Shown here: piece after piece, positions 9,785-18,768 of the stretch
How the letters are laid out: every line of letters begins with the position of its first letter
Numbering within the stretch: position 1 is the first letter of the stretch
Virus record (IMG/VR): IMGVR_UViG_3300026488_000010
Direction: 5' to 3' (one strand)
Source of the DNA: a virus
Length of the DNA stretch: 64,000 nt
Position numbers and translations under genes: made by a program
Notes under the pieces: generated by a model
The model's input: the letters and a program-made list of their open reading frames with translations, nothing else
What the model was told of the DNA's origin: nothing
The model's database searches: none

Positions 9785-10758
9785 TACTGTTCTCCTATAA
9801 TATGATCAAGAGATTCATTATAAGCCTCTTCACTTTCTAATACCTCTAATGGTCTAATATGATCTCTAATATTTTCAAGTATTTCTTGAACAGAATACAT
9901 CCCAATATCTGCATCAGTTCCTTCAAATTCTAAAATTCTATTTTTAATTATACCATTATCCTCATGCATTAGAGCATATTCAATATCAGTTTCGAATACA
10001 TCATTTATTAATTTTAACAGTGTTATGACATCAATAGTATTATCATCATTTTGTGAACCAATATTAAAACATTGTTTATTGTTAATATTATTTATAAGAT
10101 TAATTCCAATTGGTATTATTTGATCAATAGCATCTCTAATATCACAATAGTTTCTGATACCATTGTTTGTAATTACAACGTCTCTATTTTTAAGAGCAGC
10201 ATTAATGAATGTTGGTACAACCATTCCTGGTGTATTTTGACCCGGACCTACAACATTAAAAAATCTTACTACTGCTGATGGATATTGTCCGCTATGGAAT
10301 AGAAACTCTCCATGTACTTTTGCGGCAGCATATGACCATCTTGGTGAATCGGATGGTTTTTTAATACTAAAAGGTGTTTCATCATTAATTGATTGTTCAC
10401 CAAATACTTCAGATGATGATGCATATATGATTGGTGTATTGAATTTTCTACCAATGTAATCCAAGTTTGAATTAATTTTTGAACTAACTCTAAATGTATC
10501 TCCAGAATTTGCAATTATGTTTGATACACCAATAGGTGACGCTAAATGATATATCAGATCAAAATTTTTAAATATATCAATATCTTCTGAATACATGATA
10601 ATTAAATTAATTTTATGTATTTTAATATCTTTATTTATAATTGTTGAATCATCATTGATATCGCAACCTTCGACCATATGTCCTAAAGACGCTAATTTAT
10701 TTGCAAGATGTGATCCAATAAAACCATTAATTCCTGTTATAAAAATCTTTTTTTTCAT
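9784..10758 (-). CDS. Extended SDR epimerase/dehydratase (UDP-glucuronate decarboxylase/ArnA-like)
   Basis: TGINGFIGSHL, YASSSEVFG, PRWSYAAAK (YxxxK), RFFNVVGP. Confidence 0.85.
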   Translation of the reverse strand: MKKKIFITGINGFIGSHLANKLASLGHMVEGCDINDDSTIINKDIKIHKINLIIMYSEDIDIFKNFDLIYHLASPIGVSNIIANSGDTFRVSSKINSNLDYIGRKFNTPIIYASSSEVFGEQSINDETPFSIKKPSDSPRWSYAAAKVHGEFLFHSGQYPSAVVRFFNVVGPGQNTPGMVVPTFINAALKNRDVVITNNGIRNYCDIRDAIDQIIPIGINLINNINNKQCFNIGSQNDDNTIDVITLLKLINDVFETDIEYALMHEDNGIIKNRILEFEGTDADIGMYSVQEILENIRDHIRPLEVLESEEAYNESLDHIIGEQ

Positions 10759-10760
10759 AA

Positions 10761-11546
10761 TTATTCCTTTATGATATACTGCAACACTAGTGAACCTCTA
10801 GTTTGAAAACTAGGAGATAGTGCCATCAATTTTATAGTTTCCTTTTCTGTATTTCTAACAACTTCTACAACATTACTTAACTCATCAATTACCTCAAAAA
10901 CAACCTCACCTGGAAAGATTAATTGATTGATATCTCGTTTAAAATTAATAAATCCTGTTTCTAAACAATGCATTGATTTTAATTCATTATCTGGACAAGA
11001 ACACTGATTGGTTTTTTCTTTAATGAAATAATCAACTAATGATCTAACATCTTCAATTGCTTGTTCGAGTTCTCTAGAATTATTTAATGTTTGCATGCCA
11101 CTAAATTCATATGTAATACCAATCTTTCCATACTGATTAACATAGTCTTTTATAGTTCCACCTTTTGAAAAACGAGTTGCATACTCAACGCCTGACTCAT
11201 GACATATACTTGAAATTGTTGAACAATTTAAACCTTTATCGATTAAACAGAAGTTTGCACATCTATGAGAATTGTGAATATCTATAACGACATCAAATTC
11301 TGATACTTCTTCTTCGATTTTTTTGATACAATCATTATATGTTATTTCTTCGGTAAATGATCTATTTAAATCTTTTGTGTGAAGTTTTTGGACTTCTCGA
11401 GTGTTTGTCTCCAGTCCTGATTGGTTTAAAAATGGTATAACTTTTACATTTGGAGTATTTTCATAATATCCTTTTAAATATAAACCTGCTTCTACAGCCG
11501 AATGTTCATTTCCGTGAGTTCCCGAGATGATTAATACTTTTTTCAA
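10761..11546 (-). CDS. M14 succinylglutamate desuccinylase/aspartoacylase family deacylase
   Basis: GTHGNE (HxxE), DLNRSF, IDIHN, YEFSG; TTG start after AAGGA. Confidence 0.8.
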   Translation of the reverse strand: MKKVLIISGTHGNEHSAVEAGLYLKGYYENTPNVKVIPFLNQSGLETNTREVQKLHTKDLNRSFTEEITYNDCIKKIEEEVSEFDVVIDIHNSHRCANFCLIDKGLNCSTISSICHESGVEYATRFSKGGTIKDYVNQYGKIGITYEFSGMQTLNNSRELEQAIEDVRSLVDYFIKEKTNQCSCPDNELKSMHCLETGFINFKRDINQLIFPGEVVFEVIDELSNVVEVVRNTEKETIKLMALSPSFQTRGSLVLQYIIKE

Positions 11547-11772
11547 TTTGATTCCTTGTTATTATTGTTTTTTGTGATTCTTTTGTTATTGACCATTGAT
11601 CAATAAATTTCATTTGATTAGTCATGGGAAATGACAACTTTTTTAAAGTTGAACACATGTTCCATGATTCTTTTAATTCTTCATATATATCTTCAATATA
11701 TAATATTGAAGATTCGAATGCGCTAATATAATCTAAATCCAATTCCTGTCTTGGTATATTAATCGTAATCAT
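11506..11772 (-). CDS. Hypothetical protein
   Basis: ORF track; overlaps the next start by about 40 nt. Confidence 0.45.
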   Translation of the reverse strand: MITINIPRQELDLDYISAFESSILYIEDIYEELKESWNMCSTLKKLSFPMTNQMKFIDQWSITKESQKTIITRNQIEKSINHLGNSRK

Positions 11773-11781
11773 ATTAATAAT

Positions 11782-12540
11782 TTATGATACAGATGATGCG
11801 AAATCAATTGCTGCTTGTTTTGCTTCATCATCAGTATTGATAATGTACTCACCTTTACCATACTCTTCTGGATACTCGTACCAATGATTTGTATCATATG
11901 CTTCTCGACCTTCTTGTTTTCCGAAGAAATCTATTCTAGTAATAATATTGATTCCTAGAATAGTTGGATCAGGATCATGATATGTTTCTTCGAGCACTGA
12001 TGGTTCTGTTAAAGTTTTATCAGAAGCATCAGAAGTATCAGAATCTGGAACATCATTATCTCCATATGTGTAATACCCATCAGGATTTGGAACATCTTTA
12101 TTAATTGATTTGATTATATAGTTCGTACCATACTCATCATCTACACCAACATCATGTGATACCCAATCCATCATAGATGATTCAAAATTTTCTTTAGTGT
12201 CTGGATAATATCCTGAGTCTCCTTTTTGCACAGAGTCTCCAATTTCGAATCCATATATTGCTCGATGACTCCAACCATAATATTTACCATCATCTGATTT
12301 TCCAAGAGAATGTGTTATTAAATCATTGATTTGATATTTTAATAGGAAATTATATGTGTCGTGAATAATATCATCATTATCCACACAAAGATAATGATTA
12401 TCTTCTTTATGCATCCAGCACATACCAAAGTCTGTTCCATATGCATCTATATAATGCACTACCTCAAAATTCTTTTCAAAAATATTTTTTAATTGTTGAA
12501 TATTTTCTTTACGTTTCTTTTTCATATTGTTTCCTTTCAT
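11782..12540 (-). CDS. Hypothetical acidic phage protein
   Basis: YYGWSHRAIYGFEIGD and C-terminal EAKQAAIDFASSVS; RBS favours a start at ATG 12525. Confidence 0.7.
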   Translation of the reverse strand: MKGNNMKKKRKENIQQLKNIFEKNFEVVHYIDAYGTDFGMCWMHKEDNHYLCVDNDDIIHDTYNFLLKYQINDLITHSLGKSDDGKYYGWSHRAIYGFEIGDSVQKGDSGYYPDTKENFESSMMDWVSHDVGVDDEYGTNYIIKSINKDVPNPDGYYTYGDNDVPDSDTSDASDKTLTEPSVLEETYHDPDPTILGINIITRIDFFGKQEGREAYDTNHWYEYPEEYGKGEYIINTDDEAKQAAIDFASSVS

Positions 12541-12544
12541 TATA

Positions 12545-12607
12545 ATTTCTATACTAACTCACTTCTATCTTTATCGATAAGGATCGTTTTTGAGTTAGTA
12601 TAGAAAT
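12545..12607. promoter_or_regulatory. Palindromic element: 17-bp perfect inverted repeats around an ATCTTT..GAT core
   Basis: atttctatactaactca (12545-12561) and tgagttagtatagaaat (12591-12607). Confidence 0.75.
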
Positions 12608-12614
12608 AGGGTAA

Positions 12615-13202
12615 TTATAATATCCATTTCTTGATTTCATCGATACTTTTAATGTTTGAATTATTATAATTGTAACATATATTTTTTAATTTCATTGCTT
12701 TAAGAGTTTGGTGAATAAATTTATGTATTGTTAAATATACGATATTCTTTGAATCTAACGATTTTCCATCTTTTATAGCTTTAATTAGTCCATGATTTCG
12801 ATCTCTTGAATATACTCGAGGAATTAATAAACACACATATGATGCAGCACTATGCCGAACTTCAACTGTGCAATTCTTTTTTAATTGTTCATATCTATTT
12901 TTATGTTCCATCATAATACCTTTCGTTGATGCATAAATTAATTTTGCTTTTTGTTGATTGGCAAATGCTATACAATTTCTAGTTCCAATTTCCAAAGATT
13001 CTAATTTATGTAAATTTGAATCATTATTTGGGCTTCCGAAGTGAAAAATATAACTAAAATCGTGTTGAAAATATTTTTCAAAATTTAAAATATTTTCAAC
13101 AACTCCTTCAAATATCTCAACATCATAATCTTGAACAAGAATATCGAGCAAGTGACTACCTAAGTAACCTCTTGCTCCAATTAATAATATTCTATCTTTC
13201 AT
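12615..13202 (-). CDS. NAD-dependent epimerase/dehydratase (short SDR)
   Basis: LIGARGYLGSHL, YASTKG, YEQLK (YxxxK). Confidence 0.75.
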   Translation of the reverse strand: MKDRILLIGARGYLGSHLLDILVQDYDVEIFEGVVENILNFEKYFQHDFSYIFHFGSPNNDSNLHKLESLEIGTRNCIAFANQQKAKLIYASTKGIMMEHKNRYEQLKKNCTVEVRHSAASYVCLLIPRVYSRDRNHGLIKAIKDGKSLDSKNIVYLTIHKFIHQTLKAMKLKNICYNYNNSNIKSIDEIKKWIL

Positions 13203-13647
13203 AATCTTTACCTAACTCAATATAATATATTCCATTTTTATCATCTAAGTGATTAAGCAATCTTTCTAATTCTTCTAAATTTTTAGGTGCTAAAAATTCG
13301 ATGTTCAACATTCGACATATATCTTTATTGTTATCTATTGTGTGTCCTGCACCAAGCTTAGAATAGCCTATCTTACCCGCGTTAAAAATGATTATTTTAC
13401 CTTTATCAACAAAAGGCACACATGAATATTTTAATTGCTCTATACGATGCATTATGAAGCCTGCTACACCGTAAACGTATACTGACTCTCCTTGTGATGC
13501 TAGTCCACCTGCAATATTTAAAAGATTTGCTTCACCTAATCCAGTGTTTAATACTTTAGCATCTGTTGCAAATGCGTAAATATTAAACATATCTGCATGT
13601 AATAAGTAATCATTTTCTGTTAAATGTTCTGCTATATGTCTTCGCAT
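13192..13647 (-). CDS. Transketolase C-terminal (pyrimidine-binding) subunit, truncated
   Basis: LNTGLGEANLLNIAGGLA, RIEQLK, LGAGH. Confidence 0.8.
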   Translation of the reverse strand: MRRHIAEHLTENDYLLHADMFNIYAFATDAKVLNTGLGEANLLNIAGGLASQGESVYVYGVAGFIMHRIEQLKYSCVPFVDKGKIIIFNAGKIGYSKLGAGHTIDNNKDICRMLNIEFLAPKNLEELERLLNHLDDKNGIYYIELGKDYER

Positions 13648-14378
13648 AATGTTACCTCTCTAATATCTTCTAATTGTTTATAATGCCAATGTACTGGATC
13701 TTTTATCATTTCTATTACACCATCACCTTTGATAGTCTCAATTAAAAATACTATTGGTTTTTGCATATTATCTAATATGCTTTTAACGTTTGCAGCATTA
13801 AATTTTGATTCTTCAATCATAAATGGGATCCATCCAGCATTATAAAACATATCATATACACCATTTACAGTCATGCCTAAAATATCTGTCGTGTTTCCTG
13901 TGAGTTGTGTTCTATTATAATCAACTGTTAATACAATATTTTGTTTATGCTTACCAATATATTGTATTGCTTCTAATGTTGGCCCCATTTGAAGAGCAGC
14001 ATCTGATATATTACAATATGTTCGTTTCCCATTATAACTTATACCACTCGCAAACCCTAAAGCATTACCCAAAGTTTCTTCACCATAATCTACGAAGTCT
14101 ATTTCATCATGTTTGACACCATATGATAAGTTATCAATATTTAACATATAATAATAATGCCAAATGATATAATATGCTTGAGCTCCAAATGGTTTGCCGA
14201 TTACGATATTCCATTCATATGGTTCAATCACAGCGGAAGACCCTGAATCATCATATCTAAATAATTCATGTGTATAGTGAAGCATTGATAGTGCACTAGG
14301 TATATGACTCAACTTTTTATCTATAGAATATTGTAATACTCTATTTAATATTGTTTTTAATTCCATTTTATATTCCAT
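13632..14378 (-). CDS. Transketolase N-terminal (TPP-binding) subunit
   Basis: HIPSALS, TLGNALGFASG, SDAALQMG (GDG-like TPP motif), TIKGDG, WHY; start may be ATG 14366. Confidence 0.8.
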   Translation of the reverse strand: MEYKMELKTILNRVLQYSIDKKLSHIPSALSMLHYTHELFRYDDSGSSAVIEPYEWNIVIGKPFGAQAYYIIWHYYYMLNIDNLSYGVKHDEIDFVDYGEETLGNALGFASGISYNGKRTYCNISDAALQMGPTLEAIQYIGKHKQNIVLTVDYNRTQLTGNTTDILGMTVNGVYDMFYNAGWIPFMIEESKFNAANVKSILDNMQKPIVFLIETIKGDGVIEMIKDPVHWHYKQLEDIREVTLCEDI

Positions 14379-14463
14379 TATAATTTTTGTTTATATTTTT
14401 TGATTCTTCTTCGTTTTTAAAAAATATAGTGTAATCTTCATTATAGTTACATCTATTATTCAT
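14368..14463 (-). CDS. 31-aa small ORF below the track cut-off
   Basis: MNNRCNYNEDYTIFFKNEEESKNINKNYNGI; AAAGGA 5 nt upstream; exactly fills the gap between two genes. Confidence 0.4.
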   Translation of the reverse strand: MNNRCNYNEDYTIFFKNEEESKNINKNYNGI

Positions 14464-15250
14464 ATTCATCCTTTATCAATTCTAAAATTTCATCTAGGTC
14501 ATCTTCTATTTGGCACCATTCTTGTTCGTTTCTACCAATTTTATATCCAGCTAATGTTCTAGGATTTATATCTGTAAGTTTATGATGAAATTTTTGAGAC
14601 GTTGAGTATTCATATTCATAGTCATCAGCATTAAATTCAGTGTTGTCAAATAATGATTTATTTTTGAACCAACACGCTACTAGGTATTGTTTAGACTCAT
14701 CTAAAACGGCTTCACCTATCATCTTGAAATGCTCATTATAAAGCGGGCAATATGCGCATTCATATGAATATAATAGAATGTATTGACTCATATTTAAAGA
14801 GCTATAATCATTGTCTATGAGCTCTACACGAGGCACTATATAATCAAATTCTTTTTCAATATCTTTATACACTGAAAAATCTTTTATATCAAATCCAGTA
14901 ATTGAATAGATATATGTATATTTTGGATATAACTTTTTAAGTTGATGTATAATTGCTCTATTTGCAATTATAATTGAGTTGCCTTCTCTATGGTTATCTT
15001 TCAATACTTCGTGCGTTATACTATCGTTAAAATTGATTTTATAATTAGTTAAAGCGAAGCTAATGTTAATTCCACTGCTAGGTGAGTCAACAGTATTAAC
15101 TCGTCCACCGTTCCAAGAACTGCCAACAATACCATCATAAACTTTAATATCGATATCAAGCTCTTTTAATATTTTTCTATTTTTTAATTTCCATAACTTG
15201 TATTGTTTTATATATTTAAAATATGGTACTTCAATGATTAAACTGCTCAT
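14456..15250 (-). CDS. U32 peptidase-like Fe-S protein
   Basis: WNGGR near the N-terminus, YECAYCPLYNEHF, GYKIGRN (FKIEGR-like). Confidence 0.6.
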   Translation of the reverse strand: MSSLIIEVPYFKYIKQYKLWKLKNRKILKELDIDIKVYDGIVGSSWNGGRVNTVDSPSSGINISFALTNYKINFNDSITHEVLKDNHREGNSIIIANRAIIHQLKKLYPKYTYIYSITGFDIKDFSVYKDIEKEFDYIVPRVELIDNDYSSLNMSQYILLYSYECAYCPLYNEHFKMIGEAVLDESKQYLVACWFKNKSLFDNTEFNADDYEYEYSTSQKFHHKLTDINPRTLAGYKIGRNEQEWCQIEDDLDEILELIKDEYE

Positions 15251-16092
15251 ATGAGATCCTTATAATTTTCGCGCATATATTTAGAAACGTTTTCAAAAAA
15301 CCAATAAGAGTAATATAAGTACTCAGCTGCTTCATTTGAAATATCATTATCTTTTAATCTATAAATAATTTCTTTGGGCCTAGTTTTAACTTTCATATAC
15401 ATTTTAATAAAATCTTCTTCGCTTTGTATATGTACTAAATCTTCATTATCCGCGAGTATATAGAACATATCTACATCATACGCATAAAACTGTTCAAGAG
15501 TCTTATCGTAGCGTATACTGTAGTTATTGAAGTTGTTTAGCCATAGTCCTTTATTATAACACTCAATAAGAAATTTTATAAATGATTGGATTATAAAATC
15601 ATCAAACACTAAGTTGTTGAGTTTTGATATAGTATATGGTTTAACATAAATATATTTATCATCTTGCCTATATGTTCCAAACTTCATACAAATATAGTTA
15701 TAATAATTGTCATAACCTCTTTTGTTTTTAACTTTAACATACTCGCCATCGTTATTAAAATAATTATACTCATAGTTGAAGTAATTTAATTCTTTTGTTT
15801 TGTATCCATTTTTAAAGAAATGTATCTTATCTAATGCTGTTTGTTTTTGACTGTAGTTATAAAAATTAAAACCATCTTTATATGAATCCAAATAGAAATC
15901 ATCTATTGGATCAACATTTTCTAAACGCAATGAAACTGATTGAATTAAAAATTTTTTAATGTTACTATTCAAACACATTCCTAAAACGTTCTGACAAAAT
16001 ATTGTATGATCATCAGGTATTATTTGTACCTTTTTTATTTCCATTATTTTTTCCATTTTAAACCTTTTTGATCTTTTTGTATTTATCTCCAT
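15247..16092 (-). CDS. Hypothetical protein, possibly degenerate kinase-like fold
   Basis: GLWLNNFNNYSI...FYAYDVD loosely resembles kinase catalytic and metal loops. Confidence 0.35.
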   Translation of the reverse strand: MEINTKRSKRFKMEKIMEIKKVQIIPDDHTIFCQNVLGMCLNSNIKKFLIQSVSLRLENVDPIDDFYLDSYKDGFNFYNYSQKQTALDKIHFFKNGYKTKELNYFNYEYNYFNNDGEYVKVKNKRGYDNYYNYICMKFGTYRQDDKYIYVKPYTISKLNNLVFDDFIIQSFIKFLIECYNKGLWLNNFNNYSIRYDKTLEQFYAYDVDMFYILADNEDLVHIQSEEDFIKMYMKVKTRPKEIIYRLKDNDISNEAAEYLYYSYWFFENVSKYMRENYKDLI

Positions 16093-17077
16093 AATATATG
16101 CTACAGAATTTATGATTACATGTTAAGCAATCTTTGAATTGTGTAATAGGATCAAGTGATAGATTAACATCAAACATTACATCTCTATCATATAAAAAAT
16201 CCATATCACATCTATAGACTTTTCCATTTGGTGCAAGTAGTAAAGTGTTTTTACCAGCTGAGCATTCATAACCTTTAAAGTTTAAATATCCATGCATTGT
16301 TATATATTCAAATGATACCGATTTATCACCTGTTGAATCTGTTAGGATAAATGGTGTCTCATCTGGATCAACTGTTATATATTTATAATATTTTGAACTT
16401 AAGAACCATTCTGATTCTTGCAAGATGGTTCTAACATATAAAGGAACTTCTAAACTATTAAACATCTTTATTGTTTTAACATGTTCATCAATACCTTCAC
16501 GCGTAATCATATAAGTCATTACATCCATAACTCTTAATTTCTTTAAGAAGTTTATTCTTTTAACTATACCAGCCATTTTAGTAAATTCTTTATGATATGA
16601 GAATGATATAACATATTCACAACCAGCTTCTGTTAGCTCGTCATGGTTCTTTTGGTACTCATGTAAATCCCATTTCATACCATTTGATTGGATAAGAGTT
16701 CTTACCTTCTTTGTGGGATATAATTGATTAATTTTTATAATCATCTCTGTTAGCTTAGGATGCATTGTTGGTTCACCACCATATACAAATAAGAATATTT
16801 CATCCTTTTCATCTGTTCCAAACTTATCTAACATTTTTAAATATTTATCAAATGTTTCATCTGATATATGTTTAGTACTATTATCATGGAAGCAACAATA
16901 AGAACAATCGAAGTTGCAATTATCTGTAGGTTTAAATTCAATTATAAACTTATCAGTGTACTCCAAAGGTTTTAAATAATCAAAATCTTTTACGGTAAAC
17001 TGATTTTCTATAAAGTTTACAAATACTGCATCATCTTTGTTGTCTCCGCTAAATTTATCATATAGGCTCATGGTCAA
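16058..17077 (-). CDS. Radical SAM protein with twitch/SPASM-like C-terminus
   Basis: CNFDCSYC, YGGEPTMHP, CSAG..L.LAPNGKVYRC, CLTCNHKFC. Confidence 0.9.
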   Translation of the reverse strand: MTMSLYDKFSGDNKDDAVFVNFIENQFTVKDFDYLKPLEYTDKFIIEFKPTDNCNFDCSYCCFHDNSTKHISDETFDKYLKMLDKFGTDEKDEIFLFVYGGEPTMHPKLTEMIIKINQLYPTKKVRTLIQSNGMKWDLHEYQKNHDELTEAGCEYVISFSYHKEFTKMAGIVKRINFLKKLRVMDVMTYMITREGIDEHVKTIKMFNSLEVPLYVRTILQESEWFLSSKYYKYITVDPDETPFILTDSTGDKSVSFEYITMHGYLNFKGYECSAGKNTLLLAPNGKVYRCDMDFLYDRDVMFDVNLSLDPITQFKDCLTCNHKFCSIYYGDKYKKIKKV

Positions 17078-18041
17078 TCCTTAAATCATCACAATAAGAA
17101 CATTGCTCACACATACCACCACAATTTCTGATATATGATTTCCATTTTAGTAAATTGATTGGTCCAATTTTCTGTAATATTTTATAATCCTCATCAACTA
17201 TATCATTCATGTAATATATATTTTCTATTATGTTCATTGCTTCTTTAAAGTTTCCAGCAGTGTTTCTACCCTGCAATTTAAATATATCTAATAGTGTATT
17301 ATATTTTTTATACTCACTAAGGAATCCAGGAATTGAATTCCTTTTCATTAATAATTCCATAGGTTGATATTTGGTAGTTGGACAAAAAAGGTTCCCATCA
17401 TAATTATCTTTTTTAACAAGATTATAATGTTTTAATTTGAATGGACAAAACGTTGTACAATCAACATAGTTTGTAACTGTGCCAAATTTTCTAGAACCTT
17501 TTATATTTTGATATTTATCGAAGTTATGAATCACTTCATCATGTATATAAATCATGTCATAATCATCATATTCACCGTTTGATATCTCTTCAAATGTTGG
17601 TAAATTTATAACAGTGTTTTTTACCATAAACTTAAATTGTTTTTTGGATTCAACCAACCATTTTTTATTTGGAACAACTATTATATCAATAAGATCCTGA
17701 TATAATTCTAATGCTCTAAAAGCATGTTCTCTATCGCTTTCAGTAAGTTCAGTATCATTAAAAACTACACATATTTTAATATCTAATTTCTTTACAGCAT
17801 ATAGAAAATTAATTACTGTTGTATTATCAAAGTAATTGTGAGCATTCTCACCGTTCATATCTTTAAATTTTAACATCATAAAATCACTTGAAATATATAT
17901 CTCGTTTATTAATGTTTTGTATTTATTTAACCATTCTATATTGCAACTTTTCTTTACAAAAAACTCTTGTATGTTTATTGGGAAAGAAAATTTTTTGTAA
18001 AATGGGTTTTTTCTAATATTTTTTCCAGTATTGGTCGTCAT
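17058..18041 (-). CDS. U32 peptidase-like Fe-S protein
   Basis: NYVDCTTFCPFKLKHY, FCP, IFKLQGRN, C-terminal CGGMCEQCSYC. Confidence 0.7.
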   Translation of the reverse strand: MTTNTGKNIRKNPFYKKFSFPINIQEFFVKKSCNIEWLNKYKTLINEIYISSDFMMLKFKDMNGENAHNYFDNTTVINFLYAVKKLDIKICVVFNDTELTESDREHAFRALELYQDLIDIIVVPNKKWLVESKKQFKFMVKNTVINLPTFEEISNGEYDDYDMIYIHDEVIHNFDKYQNIKGSRKFGTVTNYVDCTTFCPFKLKHYNLVKKDNYDGNLFCPTTKYQPMELLMKRNSIPGFLSEYKKYNTLLDIFKLQGRNTAGNFKEAMNIIENIYYMNDIVDEDYKILQKIGPINLLKWKSYIRNCGGMCEQCSYCDDLRIDHEPI

Positions 18042-18759
18042 TGTTTATCTCCATTTGTAATACACTTTCTATGAATATTTTATATTTTTTATATAATTTA
18101 TGATCTGTGTTTTTTAACTTATAAAATGATCCTGAGTCTATCATACCATCATAATGAAATAATAATGAATCATTAAGAATGTGTTTTGGATAATATGCAC
18201 CCTTTGTTTGATCAACTAAATCAGTCATCTTTGATAATCTTCTAGAAACTTCTATATCCGAATCTTTTAAATGTTTGAATCTTAAATAGTCCATATCATA
18301 TAACCATCTATTATTTATAGTTACCATCTGGTACCAATTATAATATAGTGTATGGTTTGGTATATCAATATATTCTTTTTCTTTTTCTAGAATATGTTTA
18401 GGTACTTCTTCAATATAAATACAATCTTTATATAATGTATCTAATTTATCCAAAACTATAACATCTATATCAATATATAAAAATTCTTCTAAAATTCTGC
18501 TAAAATAATGCATAGTATAATTTCGTAAAAAATAATTTATTGAATTAGTTGTTACATTAAATTTTAAACTTTCTATAATATTAACATTATATTTTTGTAA
18601 TAATGCTTTTGTTTTTGAACTTATTTTTCTATTAGTGAATATCCCGCAATATATATTTGCAGATGGATTAGTATCTCTAATACTCTTTGCTAATAGTATT
18701 GCCATCTTTTCATAATTTGGTTCATAATCTGATGCCTCAACGCTAAATACTATATTCAT
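18013..18759 (-). CDS. GT-A glycosyltransferase (GT8-like)
   Basis: ILLAKSIR, FLYIDIDVIV (DxD), LFHYDG. Confidence 0.7.
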   Translation of the reverse strand: MNIVFSVEASDYEPNYEKMAILLAKSIRDTNPSANIYCGIFTNRKISSKTKALLQKYNVNIIESLKFNVTTNSINYFLRNYTMHYFSRILEEFLYIDIDVIVLDKLDTLYKDCIYIEEVPKHILEKEKEYIDIPNHTLYYNWYQMVTINNRWLYDMDYLRFKHLKDSDIEVSRRLSKMTDLVDQTKGAYYPKHILNDSLLFHYDGMIDSGSFYKLKNTDHKLYKKYKIFIESVLQMEINNDDQYWKKY

Positions 18760-18768
18760 ACAATTCCT

